DNA of 64,000 bases from Thermoplasmata archaeon (GTDB lineage: Archaea > Thermoplasmatota > Thermoplasmata > RBG-16-68-12 > JAFNFQ01). Positions 31,813 to 41,916 of the stretch are shown piece after piece. Positions within the stretch are counted from its first letter, which is position 1. Each line of letters opens with the position of its first letter. Below the pieces are notes generated by a model, which did no database searches, was not told the origin of the DNA, and worked only from the letters and a program-made list of their open reading frames with translations. The stretch spans positions 96,001 to 160,000 of the forward strand of contig JBGPQV010000002.1 in NCBI GenBank assembly GCA_041489255.1. The letters are read 5' to 3'. The position numbers and the translations under genes are program-made.

Positions 31813-33609
31813 ATGAGGAGCTTGACGAGAGGATCGCTGGCCGTGCTGGTCGCGTTGGTGATGACCATCCAGGTGGGCGTCAGATCAATGCCGTCAGTCA
31901 CCGCGAATGGGAACGAGGGCCACATCTGGCTCGATTGCGATCCAGGAGCTAGGGCGCGCGGCGGCGGCTGGCAGGCCGGCGGAGTTGTATGCTTGCCCGG
32001 TCCGTACGAGCCCAACGCCGTCCTGGAGTTCGACCTGATCGTGATGAACAGGGGGAGCGACGACCTCGCAAGCCTCGAAGTATTCCTTGCAATACATGGG
32101 CCGGGCGTCGATGGTCCGCCGGAGAACCACCCCGAGTTCGAGACGACCACAGACGACATGGCCAGCGTTGCGGTCGAGACTCAGAGCTTCGTCATCGCCG
32201 ACTTCTCCAACACACTGGAGAACCCGTTCGATGAGATGTGGGGCGGCAGGCACTCGGTCTACGTCGGCGACGACGCCATCTGGACCGCATACATGCATGC
32301 ACCGGAGGTCCTGCTCGCCGGAGAGACAATCCGCCTGCATGTGACGGTAGTCCTCGGCCCGAACCCGAGCCCGCTCTTCGAGATTCATTTCGATGCATGG
32401 GACAAGGACACGAACGAGAAGACGCCGAATGGCCACGATGTAACGCTCATTTCAAGGGGTACCCAAGGCAACCAGCCGCCAGAGGCCTGCTTCGTGTTTA
32501 TTCCTGGCGATGTCGTCTATGAGGGCGACCTCGCCACCATGGACGCATCATGCTCAAGCGACCCTGACGGCAAGGACGACATCGTCAGCTATGAATGGGA
32601 CTTCGATGTCGATGTCGACAGTGACGGCGACGGCATCACGGACAACGACATCAACGCGGTCGGACCGTATGTGAATTTCATCTGGTTCGACGACTACAAG
32701 AGCACCGTCAAGCTCACCGTTGCCGATTCGAAGGGGAACGCTGACATCGCCTATGGTACCGTCACGATCTTGAACCTCCCGCCGGAGGGCAAGTTTGAGG
32801 GCGGACTTTTAGAAATCGAACTCTGCATCCGGATGGCTGGGAGCAAGTGGAGCAACGCCGAGGCCAAAGTCTGGGAGAACTACGACCCAGTCACGGGCAG
32901 GGGCGACAGGCTGCTTGCAGACATAGAAGTGGAACGCTGGCCGGGCCCGCCAGACCAGAACCCGACCTCCACAGGCGACAGTTGCGTGCCTCTGATTCTT
33001 GATGTGGCCGGGACTTACAACTATACCGCAGTGGTCACGTACGACCCGTTCCCCGACAATGGCGACGCGATCATGGGCGACCAGCCGAACAACGGCAAGG
33101 ACCCGAACAACAACGCGGGCAACCCCCTGTGGCTGATATGCAAGTTCCCTGACGGCACCGAGTGCAAGTGGCACCACACCTTCAACACGCAACAGTCGAT
33201 GATCAGGGACAGCAACCACTGGAACCATGTCGAACCTTGGCTCGTCCCGCTGAACTTCGGACTGGTGGCGGGCGCGCCCATGAAGTTCATGGCGAGCGCG
33301 ACCGACCCCGGCACCGACGACCTGACGTTCGATTGGGATTGGGGTGACGGCTCAACCGACAGCACGACCTACCTGTATGACGGCATCAGGGGACCCGACC
33401 CCACATACCCGCCAGGCAGCCCGTATGAGCCCTACGCGCCGCCTCTCGGCCTGAACGACCCTGCACCTCCTGTGTACGCAACGAACACAATGTTCCACAC
33501 CTACGCCACGCCGGGCGACTACACGGTCACGCTGACGATCACTGATGACGACGGCGGAGTCTGGACGTACCAGACGACCATGACGGTGGTCGACACCTTC
33601 TGCAAGTAG
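31813..33609 (+). CDS. Secreted PKD-domain protein
   Basis: Signal peptide; SDPDG..SYEWDFD, WDWGDG, GDYTVTLTITDDDGG. Confidence 0.85.
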   Translation: MRSLTRGSLAVLVALVMTIQVGVRSMPSVTANGNEGHIWLDCDPGARARGGGWQAGGVVCLPGPYEPNAVLEFDLIVMNRGSDDLASLEVFLAIHGPGVDGPPENHPEFETTTDDMASVAVETQSFVIADFSNTLENPFDEMWGGRHSVYVGDDAIWTAYMHAPEVLLAGETIRLHVTVVLGPNPSPLFEIHFDAWDKDTNEKTPNGHDVTLISRGTQGNQPPEACFVFIPGDVVYEGDLATMDASCSSDPDGKDDIVSYEWDFDVDVDSDGDGITDNDINAVGPYVNFIWFDDYKSTVKLTVADSKGNADIAYGTVTILNLPPEGKFEGGLLEIELCIRMAGSKWSNAEAKVWENYDPVTGRGDRLLADIEVERWPGPPDQNPTSTGDSCVPLILDVAGTYNYTAVVTYDPFPDNGDAIMGDQPNNGKDPNNNAGNPLWLICKFPDGTECKWHHTFNTQQSMIRDSNHWNHVEPWLVPLNFGLVAGAPMKFMASATDPGTDDLTFDWDWGDGSTDSTTYLYDGIRGPDPTYPPGSPYEPYAPPLGLNDPAPPVYATNTMFHTYATPGDYTVTLTITDDDGGVWTYQTTMTVVDTFCK

Positions 33610-33684
33610 AAGCACGAGCCTTTTCCCGGGCCGTCGCTGTTCCCCGCGAGCTGCCGTCGGCCTCTCGCGGCCACCGGAGGTCAG

Positions 33685-35823
33685 ATGACCCGCAAATCCA
33701 TAAATAGGCCATCCGAGAATCGAACAGCCGTGCAAGGCAGGGCGATTGCGCTGGCATTCCTGTTGGTCCTCGGGGCCTGCACCTTCCTGACGCCGAAAAG
33801 CGCTCTTGCGGCCCGAGCAGAGGTCAACGATGTCTTCCTGATGATAGACGATTACACCAACGACTCCATCGTGGACGCCTGGGCAGCTCTCAACTTTACC
33901 GAGGCCCCAATACCGCCGCCAAGCCAGGTGGACGACATCCTCTTCGAGTGGTTCGCGCCAAGCGGGGCGATGGTGAACCAGGAGACGGTGAATCCGAACG
34001 ACCAGGCGTGGGCCCCGAGCAGCTTCCGCGTGACGCACATCGGGCAGTGGATGATCAACGCCACGTACACCACGAACACGAGCGTTCACGAGAGCCTGAG
34101 CTTCAACGTCCTGCCCGAGGTCTGGGGTCCGGGACAGGTCATGCTTGGGCTGACGACGGTTGTCGGTAGGACCGGCGAGCTGACGATAGCTCCGGGAACC
34201 GATATCCGATTCCCGACTGGCGGAGCGTTGCGTGTTCAAGGGAAGATCACCGCGATCGGGACCGGCGGCCAGCCCATCGTCTTCACGTCGAACGAGTCCG
34301 CCCCCGTTGCGGGAGACTGGAACGTCATATCCTTCCTGGAGACAGCCGAGAACTCATCGCGCATATCTCAAGCCCGGTTGAGCTACTCCACCGGAGGGAT
34401 TAGGATCAAGGGCGCATCGCCTGCGGTGGACAACGTGACATTCTCGGACAACAATCAGAGCAGCATAGACGCCGAATACTCGATGTCTTCACTACGCGAC
34501 CTCACGATTGCGGGAGGCGCATACGGCATCGACCTCGCCGGCTGCACGATGAACATCACATCCGTCACGATAACCGGGGCCAACTACGGATTGAGGTTCC
34601 AGGGCGGCGGCGGGCTCGTCTCGGACGTCAACATCGCAGGGTCGGCTCAGACAGGATTGCTGGTCAACGGGGCAACGGTGTCAATCAGCGATTCCGCATT
34701 TGGCGACAACCGGATCGGGATTAGGGCGGACGCCTCGACGGTCACCGCCGAAGCAATCTCGAGCTCTCGTGACCGCATTGCGGTGCAGGCAGTGCAGGGC
34801 GCGAGCGTTTTCTTCTCGAACTCCTCGATAGTCGACGCGGGCCTGCGGCAATACTCGGCATCGGGCGCCTCGAGGATATTCGCACGCAACGTCCAGCTGA
34901 GCCCGCCGACACCGATCTTGAGGGATATCACGGACACGTCCCTGCTCGTCATCCAGAGCTATCTCTGGGTGACGACAAGATTGTTCGACACCGGCCTCGT
35001 GCTCTCCGGAGCGACTGTCGAGTTCTTCGAAGACTCGACCCTCGTCGGCACGCTGCTCACAGGGGCTGGCGGTGCAGCTGGGCCAATCGCGCTCACATAC
35101 GGCAGCTATGACGCCACGACTTTCATAAGGAAGACGACTGTCGTCTCGGTAGGCCTGACCGGTTACGCTTTCGCAAACAACAGCCGGATAGTGAACATGG
35201 CATCAAGTCATTCGGAGACATTCAACGGCAGCATCCACGACTACGACCGCGACGGGAATCCCGACTTCAACGACTCCGACGACGACAACGACGGTCTGAG
35301 CGACCTGGTCGAGCTCCAGATAGGCACCGACCCCCGCAACGCCGACACTGACGCCGACGGGATGCCGGATGGCTGGGAGTACGACCATGGGTTCGACCCG
35401 ACGAATCCCGCAGACGGCAACTGGGACGCTGACGGTGACGGGCTGTCCAACAAGCGCGAGTACCAGTACGGGACCGACCCGAACAACCCGGACAGCGACG
35501 GCGACGGCATGCCGGACGGCTGGGAGGTCAGGTACGGCCTGAACCCGCTTGACCCGACCGACGCGAGCAAAGACTCGGACTTCGACGACTACTCGAACCT
35601 CGATGAGTACCTGAAAGGGACGAATCCCCGGAGCGCGGAGTCCCGCCCGCCATACAACCCGAACCTCGGCCTCCTCGGGGCTGGAGACTATTGGCCCATC
35701 GCCTTGGTCCCCTTGGTCGGACTTGGATTGATGGTCGTCTTCGTCGTGCTGCTCTACCTCCTGTCGGTGCCGCGCAAGAGACGAGGAAAGTCACCGCCGC
35801 CCGAACTCGAAAAAGAGACCTAG
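33685..35823 (+). CDS. Surface protein: right-handed beta helix, TSP3-like Ca-binding repeats, C-terminal TM anchor
   Basis: PIVFTS...GDW beta-helix start; DxDxDGxxDxxE repeats; TM helix followed by RKRRGK. Confidence 0.85.
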   Translation: MTRKSINRPSENRTAVQGRAIALAFLLVLGACTFLTPKSALAARAEVNDVFLMIDDYTNDSIVDAWAALNFTEAPIPPPSQVDDILFEWFAPSGAMVNQETVNPNDQAWAPSSFRVTHIGQWMINATYTTNTSVHESLSFNVLPEVWGPGQVMLGLTTVVGRTGELTIAPGTDIRFPTGGALRVQGKITAIGTGGQPIVFTSNESAPVAGDWNVISFLETAENSSRISQARLSYSTGGIRIKGASPAVDNVTFSDNNQSSIDAEYSMSSLRDLTIAGGAYGIDLAGCTMNITSVTITGANYGLRFQGGGGLVSDVNIAGSAQTGLLVNGATVSISDSAFGDNRIGIRADASTVTAEAISSSRDRIAVQAVQGASVFFSNSSIVDAGLRQYSASGASRIFARNVQLSPPTPILRDITDTSLLVIQSYLWVTTRLFDTGLVLSGATVEFFEDSTLVGTLLTGAGGAAGPIALTYGSYDATTFIRKTTVVSVGLTGYAFANNSRIVNMASSHSETFNGSIHDYDRDGNPDFNDSDDDNDGLSDLVELQIGTDPRNADTDADGMPDGWEYDHGFDPTNPADGNWDADGDGLSNKREYQYGTDPNNPDSDGDGMPDGWEVRYGLNPLDPTDASKDSDFDDYSNLDEYLKGTNPRSAESRPPYNPNLGLLGAGDYWPIALVPLVGLGLMVVFVVLLYLLSVPRKRRGKSPPPELEKET

Positions 35824-36650
35824 GCGAACTCTTGGAGAAGACCCTCCACAGTGTCCGGCCCGGCCTTCTTCACTTTTGCGGCCAGTGAGTCAAGCAACTC
35901 ATGCAGTGTCGGCGTTTCGATGTCGTAGAGCACGCCCGTGTAGGGAGTCTCCGACCACGCGAGCTTGAGAGCCGCGAGCTTGTCTTTCTTGTCGTGCTCA
36001 GCGGGGACCTCCTTCGCGTTCTGCTTGAGCTCGGGGTAGGTGTTGTGGAATGTCACGCACGGGCTCAGGATCTGTACGAACGAGAATCCCTTGTGGATCA
36101 TCGCATTGAGCACGATCTGCCTCAGCTGGCGGGGGTTGCCGCTGAATCCTCGCGCGACGAACGTGGCTCCGACGGTTATCGCAAGAGCGGCGGGATCGAC
36201 GGGCGTCTCGATGCTCCCGTATGGCGTGGATTTCGTCGTGAGGCCGGGACCTGCCGTCGGCGACGCCTGCCCCCTCGTCATCCCGTAGACCCCGTTGTCC
36301 GTCATCACGTAGAGGATTTGCGGGTTGCGCTTCAGGGTGTGCAGGAAATGGTTGCCGCCAATCGCCAGGCCGTCTCCGTCACCGCCAACGGCGATGACCG
36401 TGAGCGCGGGATTCGCGACCTTCGCCCCAAGCGCGGCGGGAAGCGCACGTCCGTGGACCGTGTGCAGCCTGAACGACTTCAGGTAGCCGGGGAGCCTGCT
36501 CCCACAACCGATACCCGCCACGAGCACGACGTCCTGCGGTCTCGGTTTCGTGGTCTCCAGTGCCTTCGCAAGCGCGTCCAGGGCGGCGAAATTGCCGCAG
36601 CCCTCGCACCACACGGGCTTCAGTTCGCTCCTGAATCCGCCTTCAGCCAT
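35820..36650 (-). CDS. korB: 2-oxoacid:ferredoxin oxidoreductase beta subunit
   Basis: WCEGCG, GIGC, HGR, GGDGD, YGMTRGQ, SPC motifs; substrate not determinable. Confidence 0.93.
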   Translation of the reverse strand: MAEGGFRSELKPVWCEGCGNFAALDALAKALETTKPRPQDVVLVAGIGCGSRLPGYLKSFRLHTVHGRALPAALGAKVANPALTVIAVGGDGDGLAIGGNHFLHTLKRNPQILYVMTDNGVYGMTRGQASPTAGPGLTTKSTPYGSIETPVDPAALAITVGATFVARGFSGNPRQLRQIVLNAMIHKGFSFVQILSPCVTFHNTYPELKQNAKEVPAEHDKKDKLAALKLAWSETPYTGVLYDIETPTLHELLDSLAAKVKKAGPDTVEGLLQEFA

Positions 36651-38349
36651 CGCGAGTCACCCCCCTCAGATGATCTGCGATTTCCCCTGCTGTGAAAGGG
36701 AGCCCGATGTACTTGTCGATGGCCTTCGTCGATACGCCCAGCTCGGAACGGAGGAGTCTCGCGCACTGCCCCGTTCGATTGAGCTCCGCAACGAATACGT
36801 TCTTCTTCCATTCGAGGAACTTCATTATCGGATTCACGGGCAGAGGCCACAGCATCTTCAGCTGCATTCCGTGAACGGGCAGGCCTTCCTTCGCGAGCCT
36901 GTCCACCGCCTCCATTAGCGCACCCTCCGTCGACCCCCAGCCGATTAAGCCCGTCGGCGACTCCGGGTCTCCGAACATCCTGACGAACCTGTCCGCGTCG
37001 ACCTGAGCGAGCTTGCGGAACCTTTTCTCCGTCATCTCCGAACGGGTCTCCGGCGTGTACGAGGGGAAGCCTCTCTCGTCGTGCTCGATGCCCATCGCCG
37101 CGTACATCCCGTTCTGGCCGGGGATGGCCATCGGCGAGACTCCGGTCTCGGTGACCTTGAATCGCCGGTACTCCCCAAGCGCGGTTTCGTCGGGGATAAG
37201 CCGGTTTCTGACAGGAACCCGATCCATCTCGATGGCGGGCACCGCCTCCATCCTGTGCGACAATGCCAGATCCGCCAGCAGGATGACAGGCATCTGACAC
37301 TCCTCCGCGAGGTTGAACGCTTCAATCGTCATGTAGAAGCAATCCTCGACGCTGGACGGCGCGAGCACTATCCTCGGAGATTCCCCGTGGCTCGCGTGCA
37401 CCGCGAGAAGCAGGTCGGATTGCTCCGTCGCGGTCGGTATTCCAGTGCTCGGCCCGACGCGCTGCGAGTCGACGATGACGCAGGGGACCTCCGCCATGCT
37501 CGCGTAGCCGATCAGCTCCCCCATGAGCGAGAAACCCGGCCCGGACGTGGCCGTCATCGCCTTTGTCCCAGTGAATGACGCACCTATCACGGCTGCGAGG
37601 GCTGCCATCTCGTCCTCGACCTGCAGCACCCTCCCGCCGAACCGAGGGAGCGTCTCAGAGAGATATTCCAGGATCTCGGAGGCCGGGGTTATCGGATACC
37701 CGGCGAAGAACCTGCACCCCGCGGCTATCGCCCCGAGAGAGATCGCCTCGTTGCCGGAGAGAAGCATCCTTGGAGGAGCGGTGAGAGCGGGCGCGATCTG
37801 CTTGGAATGCCGCCAGCCTTTCTCCCCGCAGAAGTCCCAGCCCGCCTCGAACGCTCCGACGTTCATCTTCAGGGCCTCGTCCCTCTTCGCGTATCGTTCC
37901 TGGAGCAATCCCTGGATAACATCCTTGTTCACGCCGAGATATCGGGCGCATACTCCGAGGACCGCCATGTTCCTCCTATCCGCCCCGAAGCGCCGCGACA
38001 GCTCTGAAATTGGCGTGGGAAGGACACTCTTCGCGGCCTTCGCGAATTGGGCCGCCTCGGCATCGACGAGTACTACACCATCCGGGGTCAGGTCTCCCTG
38101 GTTGTTCTCCAGCTCCTTCTTGCTGAATACCGCCAGGAACTCAGGCCGGTCGCCCTGACTCAGGGCGGGGCCCGAGCATATCCTCGCCTGGTACATGACG
38201 CTCCCGCCGCGCACCTCCGTCGGGTACGAGCTGAATGTGAAGACGTTCAGACCGATCCTGACGCATGCCTTGATCAGCGTGTCTCCCAGGGTAATCACTC
38301 CATCGCCCGCCTCCCCTGCGAAGCGGACGACGATGTCGGTGTCTGCCAT
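36643..38349 (-). CDS. korA: 2-oxoacid:ferredoxin oxidoreductase alpha subunit (gamma-alpha fusion)
   Basis: EVRGG, AGYPITPASE, TATSGPG, QRVGPSTG. Confidence 0.93.
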   Translation of the reverse strand: MADTDIVVRFAGEAGDGVITLGDTLIKACVRIGLNVFTFSSYPTEVRGGSVMYQARICSGPALSQGDRPEFLAVFSKKELENNQGDLTPDGVVLVDAEAAQFAKAAKSVLPTPISELSRRFGADRRNMAVLGVCARYLGVNKDVIQGLLQERYAKRDEALKMNVGAFEAGWDFCGEKGWRHSKQIAPALTAPPRMLLSGNEAISLGAIAAGCRFFAGYPITPASEILEYLSETLPRFGGRVLQVEDEMAALAAVIGASFTGTKAMTATSGPGFSLMGELIGYASMAEVPCVIVDSQRVGPSTGIPTATEQSDLLLAVHASHGESPRIVLAPSSVEDCFYMTIEAFNLAEECQMPVILLADLALSHRMEAVPAIEMDRVPVRNRLIPDETALGEYRRFKVTETGVSPMAIPGQNGMYAAMGIEHDERGFPSYTPETRSEMTEKRFRKLAQVDADRFVRMFGDPESPTGLIGWGSTEGALMEAVDRLAKEGLPVHGMQLKMLWPLPVNPIMKFLEWKKNVFVAELNRTGQCARLLRSELGVSTKAIDKYIGLPFTAGEIADHLRGVTRDG

Positions 38350-38443
38350 CGACTCTCTCTCCGAGTGCGGGAAGTTGGACATTCTCATAAGACTATGCCG
38401 TCATCACAATCCGTATGGCCCCGAGACGAACCGGCTGGTGATT

Positions 38444-38950
38444 TCACTTCAGAAGGTCGACACGCGCAACTCTCTCCAGCACGAGATCGCAAGCCTTCTC
38501 CTTGCCGACGCACTCAATCTCTTCTTTGGCAATCCCGAAGTTGGCGAGCTTGGAGACATCTCCTTCGAGGACGCCGTCGTCCCTTTCGATGTCGAGAGAC
38601 TGGAAGACATCCGCCAATGTGGACTGTTCCGACACGACGACGGCCACGCGTGTGGTCGCTGCCTTGACCCCCATTTTCTCGATCGCGCTGGAGAGCTGCC
38701 TTTCTCCCGAGGCGTAGAGCATGACCTCGAGCATCTTCGTCGTTGCAGCATTCCTCCCTCGCTCGAACGCCCGAGAAGCATGCTCCAGCGCGCTCTCGAT
38801 GTGGACCTTGCCGAGAATCAAGTCAGCGTCCATGAGCAAGATCTCTATCCCGAGTTTGGCGGCAAGCGCCTTCGATTTTGAAAGCAGGTCATCAGCTTTC
38901 CCGGCAGGTATCCTGCCCCCGCCAATGCCCGCGCCCGCCACGTCTATCAC
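38444..38950 (-). CDS. cgi121: KEOPS complex subunit Cgi121
   Basis: HASRAFERGRN...EVMLYASGERQLSSAIEKMG...VLERVA; GTG start overlaps the upstream stop. Confidence 0.88.
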   Translation of the reverse strand: MIDVAGAGIGGGRIPAGKADDLLSKSKALAAKLGIEILLMDADLILGKVHIESALEHASRAFERGRNAATTKMLEVMLYASGERQLSSAIEKMGVKAATTRVAVVVSEQSTLADVFQSLDIERDDGVLEGDVSKLANFGIAKEEIECVGKEKACDLVLERVARVDLLK

Positions 38951-39336
38951 TTCGCCCCCATCTTTTCCCACGCGTCGTACAATCTCCTGATGTGCGGTAT
39001 CGTGATCGACCCGCCAACGACCAGCCCCACATTCACGAGCTCCTCCAGTTCCCTCTCGGTAATCCCCTCCGCCCTGCAGCGAAATAGGTGATAGAGTATG
39101 CAATCGTCGCACCGCAGCACCAGAGACGCCACGAGCCCCATCATCTCCTTCGTCTTGGCGGGGAGTGCCCCCTTCCGGTAGGCCTCGCTGTCGAGCGCGT
39201 AGAACCTCTTGATCTTCAGGCTCGCGTGCCTCATCACGAGCTCATTGAGCCTTTCCCGCTCTCTCTGGAACTCCTCGACCCGGTGCGCGTGCCTGCCCTT
39301 TCCCGCCTTTTCTTTCATCTCCCTTCCTCCGCTCAA
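38947..39336 (-). CDS. Carboxymuconolactone decarboxylase / AhpD-family protein
   Basis: GALPAKTKEMMGLVASLVLRCDDCILYH. Confidence 0.88.
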   Translation of the reverse strand: MSGGREMKEKAGKGRHAHRVEEFQRERERLNELVMRHASLKIKRFYALDSEAYRKGALPAKTKEMMGLVASLVLRCDDCILYHLFRCRAEGITERELEELVNVGLVVGGSITIPHIRRLYDAWEKMGAK

Positions 39337-41483
39337 TCGAAATCCGTGAGCCCGGACTGGCCGATGAGCGGCCCCTTCACCGCCTCCTCGCCAGCTCCGA
39401 GCTGCTCCTTGATCTTCCTGGCGACCGCGGGTCCTATGCTCGGTATCCTCGCGATGTCCCCCGCCTCCGCCTTCTGAAGGTCCCGCAGGGTCTTGTACCC
39501 TCGGGAGAACAGCGCCCTACCCCTCACCCGCCCGACGCCCCGCAGCTCCACCAGGGGCAGCAGCTCCTCCTTCACGCCGTACGTCTCCCGCAGCACGAGG
39601 CGGCTCACCGGCCTGACCCGCGCCTTGTTGAATATCCGCGCTAGCTCCTGCATCGAGTAGAGGAGCCACCTGGCCTGCTCGGTCATCCGCCTGATGTCAC
39701 CAGGCCCGATGCCGAACCTCTTGGTGATGTCGTTCTCCGGCCTCTCGTCCAGCCAGTCCTCAAGGAGCGCGGCGGTCTTGACCTCCGCCATCATGAAGTC
39801 GTAGTCGTCCACAGGGAAAGTCAGGCCCTCGAAGACTATCTTCTCGTCGACCCACTGGTAGTCTCCCCGCCGGAGGTAGAGCTTCGGCATGTCAGGCGTC
39901 GAGCAGGCCGCCCACAGGTGTGCAAAGTCGCTTTCGAGCTCGGTCTTGAGGTGGTCCCTCATCTTCACCGCGGACAGGGGGTCGATGTAGAGGTCGGAGG
40001 TCCTTTTGCCGAAGAGCGTCGCCCTGAGCGTGTCCTTGGCGGTGATGAAGCCCTCGCGCTCCAGGAAGCTGAGGACCGCCACGACCTTGTCCCTGATGTT
40101 CTCCACGTCCTCGCAGTGCGCGAAGAACGTGGAGCCGATGAAATCGAAAATCTCCTGCTCCGTCTTCGTATGCTCGGTTGCGATGCTCGCGAGGATGTGC
40201 ACCCTGAGCGCAGGTTCGGCCCCAAGCTTGGAGACTATCGCCTCCGGCTTGCTCAGGAAGTACGCATCAGTGAGTTCCTTGATGTCCTCCTCCTTCTTGG
40301 CGATGAGGATGGCCTCTCCGAACTTGTCATATCGCGGCCTCCCCGCGCGGCCGCACATCTGCTTGATCTCGAGCACGGGGATCGGCGCATTCCCATAGGT
40401 CACATCGAACCTGCTGAGATCCCTCACGACGACCCTTCTGGCGGGGAGGTTGATTCCACTTGCCAATGTCGGGGTTGCGACGATGCACTTAATCCTGCCT
40501 TTCTTGAAGTTCGTCTCCACCATCCGTCTCTGGTCGTTCGTCAGGCCGGCGTTGTGGAACGCGGCTCCGCCCTCGACGCACTTCGCGAGGCGCGCGACCA
40601 TCGATGTCGGCTCATCCTGCCGCTTCGAGAGATCATCCGCCATCTCGGCGAGTTTCTCCCGCTCCTTAGGCTCGATTGCCTGCTTCAGGCGGGAAGCCAG
40701 GCTCGTGGCGAGAGCCTCCGTCGATCTCCGGGTGTTCACGAAAATCAGGCACTGCCCGCCCTCTCTGACCGTGTCCAATACCAGGGCAAGGAGCTCCTCG
40801 CCCTCTGGCGGGACCGGCCTCGACGAGCCATCGGTGAAGTGGATTTTATCGTTCCAGCAGACTCCTTGTTTCAACGGGACAGGCCGCCACTCGCTCCTGA
40901 AATGCTCCGCCTCCAGCCACTTGGCGAGTTCGTCCGAGTTCCTGATGGTAGCCGACAGGGCGATGATCTGAGCGCGGGGGTTGACCTGCCTCATCTTGGC
41001 CAGGGTCACCTCGAGGGTCGGCCCTCGGTCGCCGTCGTTGATGAGATGCACCTCGTCTGCGACGACCGTGGTCAGCCTCTTCAGCCAGCTCGTCTTGTGT
41101 CGCAGGAGGGAGTCGGCCTTCTCCGAGGTCGCGATGATGATGTCGTATCGTTCCAGGGTCGGGTCAGGAGTGTCGAAGTCCCCGACGGCAATGCCCACCT
41201 TGATCCCGAGTGAGTCGAACTCCTTCAGGTCATCATACTTCTCTGACGCGAGGGCTCTAAGCGGGACGATGTAGAGCGCCTTCCCTCCCGCCATGACCGA
41301 CTTGACGGCAGCAAGGTAGGCGATGAGGGACTTGCCGGCGGCGGTGGGAATCGCCAAGACAATGTTCTTTCCCGCCAGAGCGGCACCAATCGATTCGGCC
41401 TGCGGCGGGTACAGCTCCTCGATTCCCTGCTTGGAGAGGATGGAGACAATCCTTTCATCGAGACCGAGGTCTGAGACCTTCAT
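39333..41483 (-). CDS. hel308: Ski2-like DNA helicase Hel308/Hjm
   Basis: LYPPQ, PTAAGKS, DEVH, LSAT, QMCGRAGRP, C-terminal HhH (GVGRVRGR). Confidence 0.95.
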   Translation of the reverse strand: MKVSDLGLDERIVSILSKQGIEELYPPQAESIGAALAGKNIVLAIPTAAGKSLIAYLAAVKSVMAGGKALYIVPLRALASEKYDDLKEFDSLGIKVGIAVGDFDTPDPTLERYDIIIATSEKADSLLRHKTSWLKRLTTVVADEVHLINDGDRGPTLEVTLAKMRQVNPRAQIIALSATIRNSDELAKWLEAEHFRSEWRPVPLKQGVCWNDKIHFTDGSSRPVPPEGEELLALVLDTVREGGQCLIFVNTRRSTEALATSLASRLKQAIEPKEREKLAEMADDLSKRQDEPTSMVARLAKCVEGGAAFHNAGLTNDQRRMVETNFKKGRIKCIVATPTLASGINLPARRVVVRDLSRFDVTYGNAPIPVLEIKQMCGRAGRPRYDKFGEAILIAKKEEDIKELTDAYFLSKPEAIVSKLGAEPALRVHILASIATEHTKTEQEIFDFIGSTFFAHCEDVENIRDKVVAVLSFLEREGFITAKDTLRATLFGKRTSDLYIDPLSAVKMRDHLKTELESDFAHLWAACSTPDMPKLYLRRGDYQWVDEKIVFEGLTFPVDDYDFMMAEVKTAALLEDWLDERPENDITKRFGIGPGDIRRMTEQARWLLYSMQELARIFNKARVRPVSRLVLRETYGVKEELLPLVELRGVGRVRGRALFSRGYKTLRDLQKAEAGDIARIPSIGPAVARKIKEQLGAGEEAVKGPLIGQSGLTDFD

Positions 41484-41568
41484 CTGGCGAGGGATTATGG
41501 CGGGTGTCAATAAAGGTTCTCGGTGGCGGGTGTGAAAGTGACCCCGCCATACGTGGAACATATCCCGC

Positions 41569-41892
41569 CACACTTGGCGCGCTTCACGCAACATGCAGCG
41601 CACAATCCGCAACACTCAGCGGGACTTACGCGACACTCAGCGCGCTTCCCGCCACATCCGCCGCATTTTCGGGAACATTCTGCGGGATTTGCGCAACATG
41701 TAGCGGACATCACGGAACATGTAGCAGGGTCCAAGAACATGTTGCGGGGTTTGCGAAACGTGTAGCGGGGATTCGGGAACATGTAGCGAGGTTCACGCAA
41801 CATGTAGCGAACTTCATGGAACATGCAGCGGGGTCCGAAAACATGTTGCGGTGTCTGCAGAACATGTTGCGCGGATTCGGCAAGACGTTGCG
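41569..41892. repeat. Intergenic array of 16 units with 21-bp (twice 20-bp) period; core AACATG(T/C)(A/T)GCG plus about 10 variable nt
   Basis: Cores at 41569, 41590, 41611, 41632, 41653, 41674, 41695, 41716, 41736, 41757, 41778, 41799, 41820, 41840, 41861, 41882. Confidence 0.9.
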
Positions 41893-41916
41893 TAAATCGC
41901 ATTATCATCGCACTTT

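Noticed and set aside
35240-35640. Repetitive GAC-rich DNA
   Set aside because: Explained by coding TSP3-like Ca-binding repeats.
41569-41892. CRISPR or TIGR array interpretation
   Set aside because: Repeat (11 nt) and spacer (10 nt) are too short for CRISPR; no alternating box C/D repeats and no cas or Nop-domain gene in the window.
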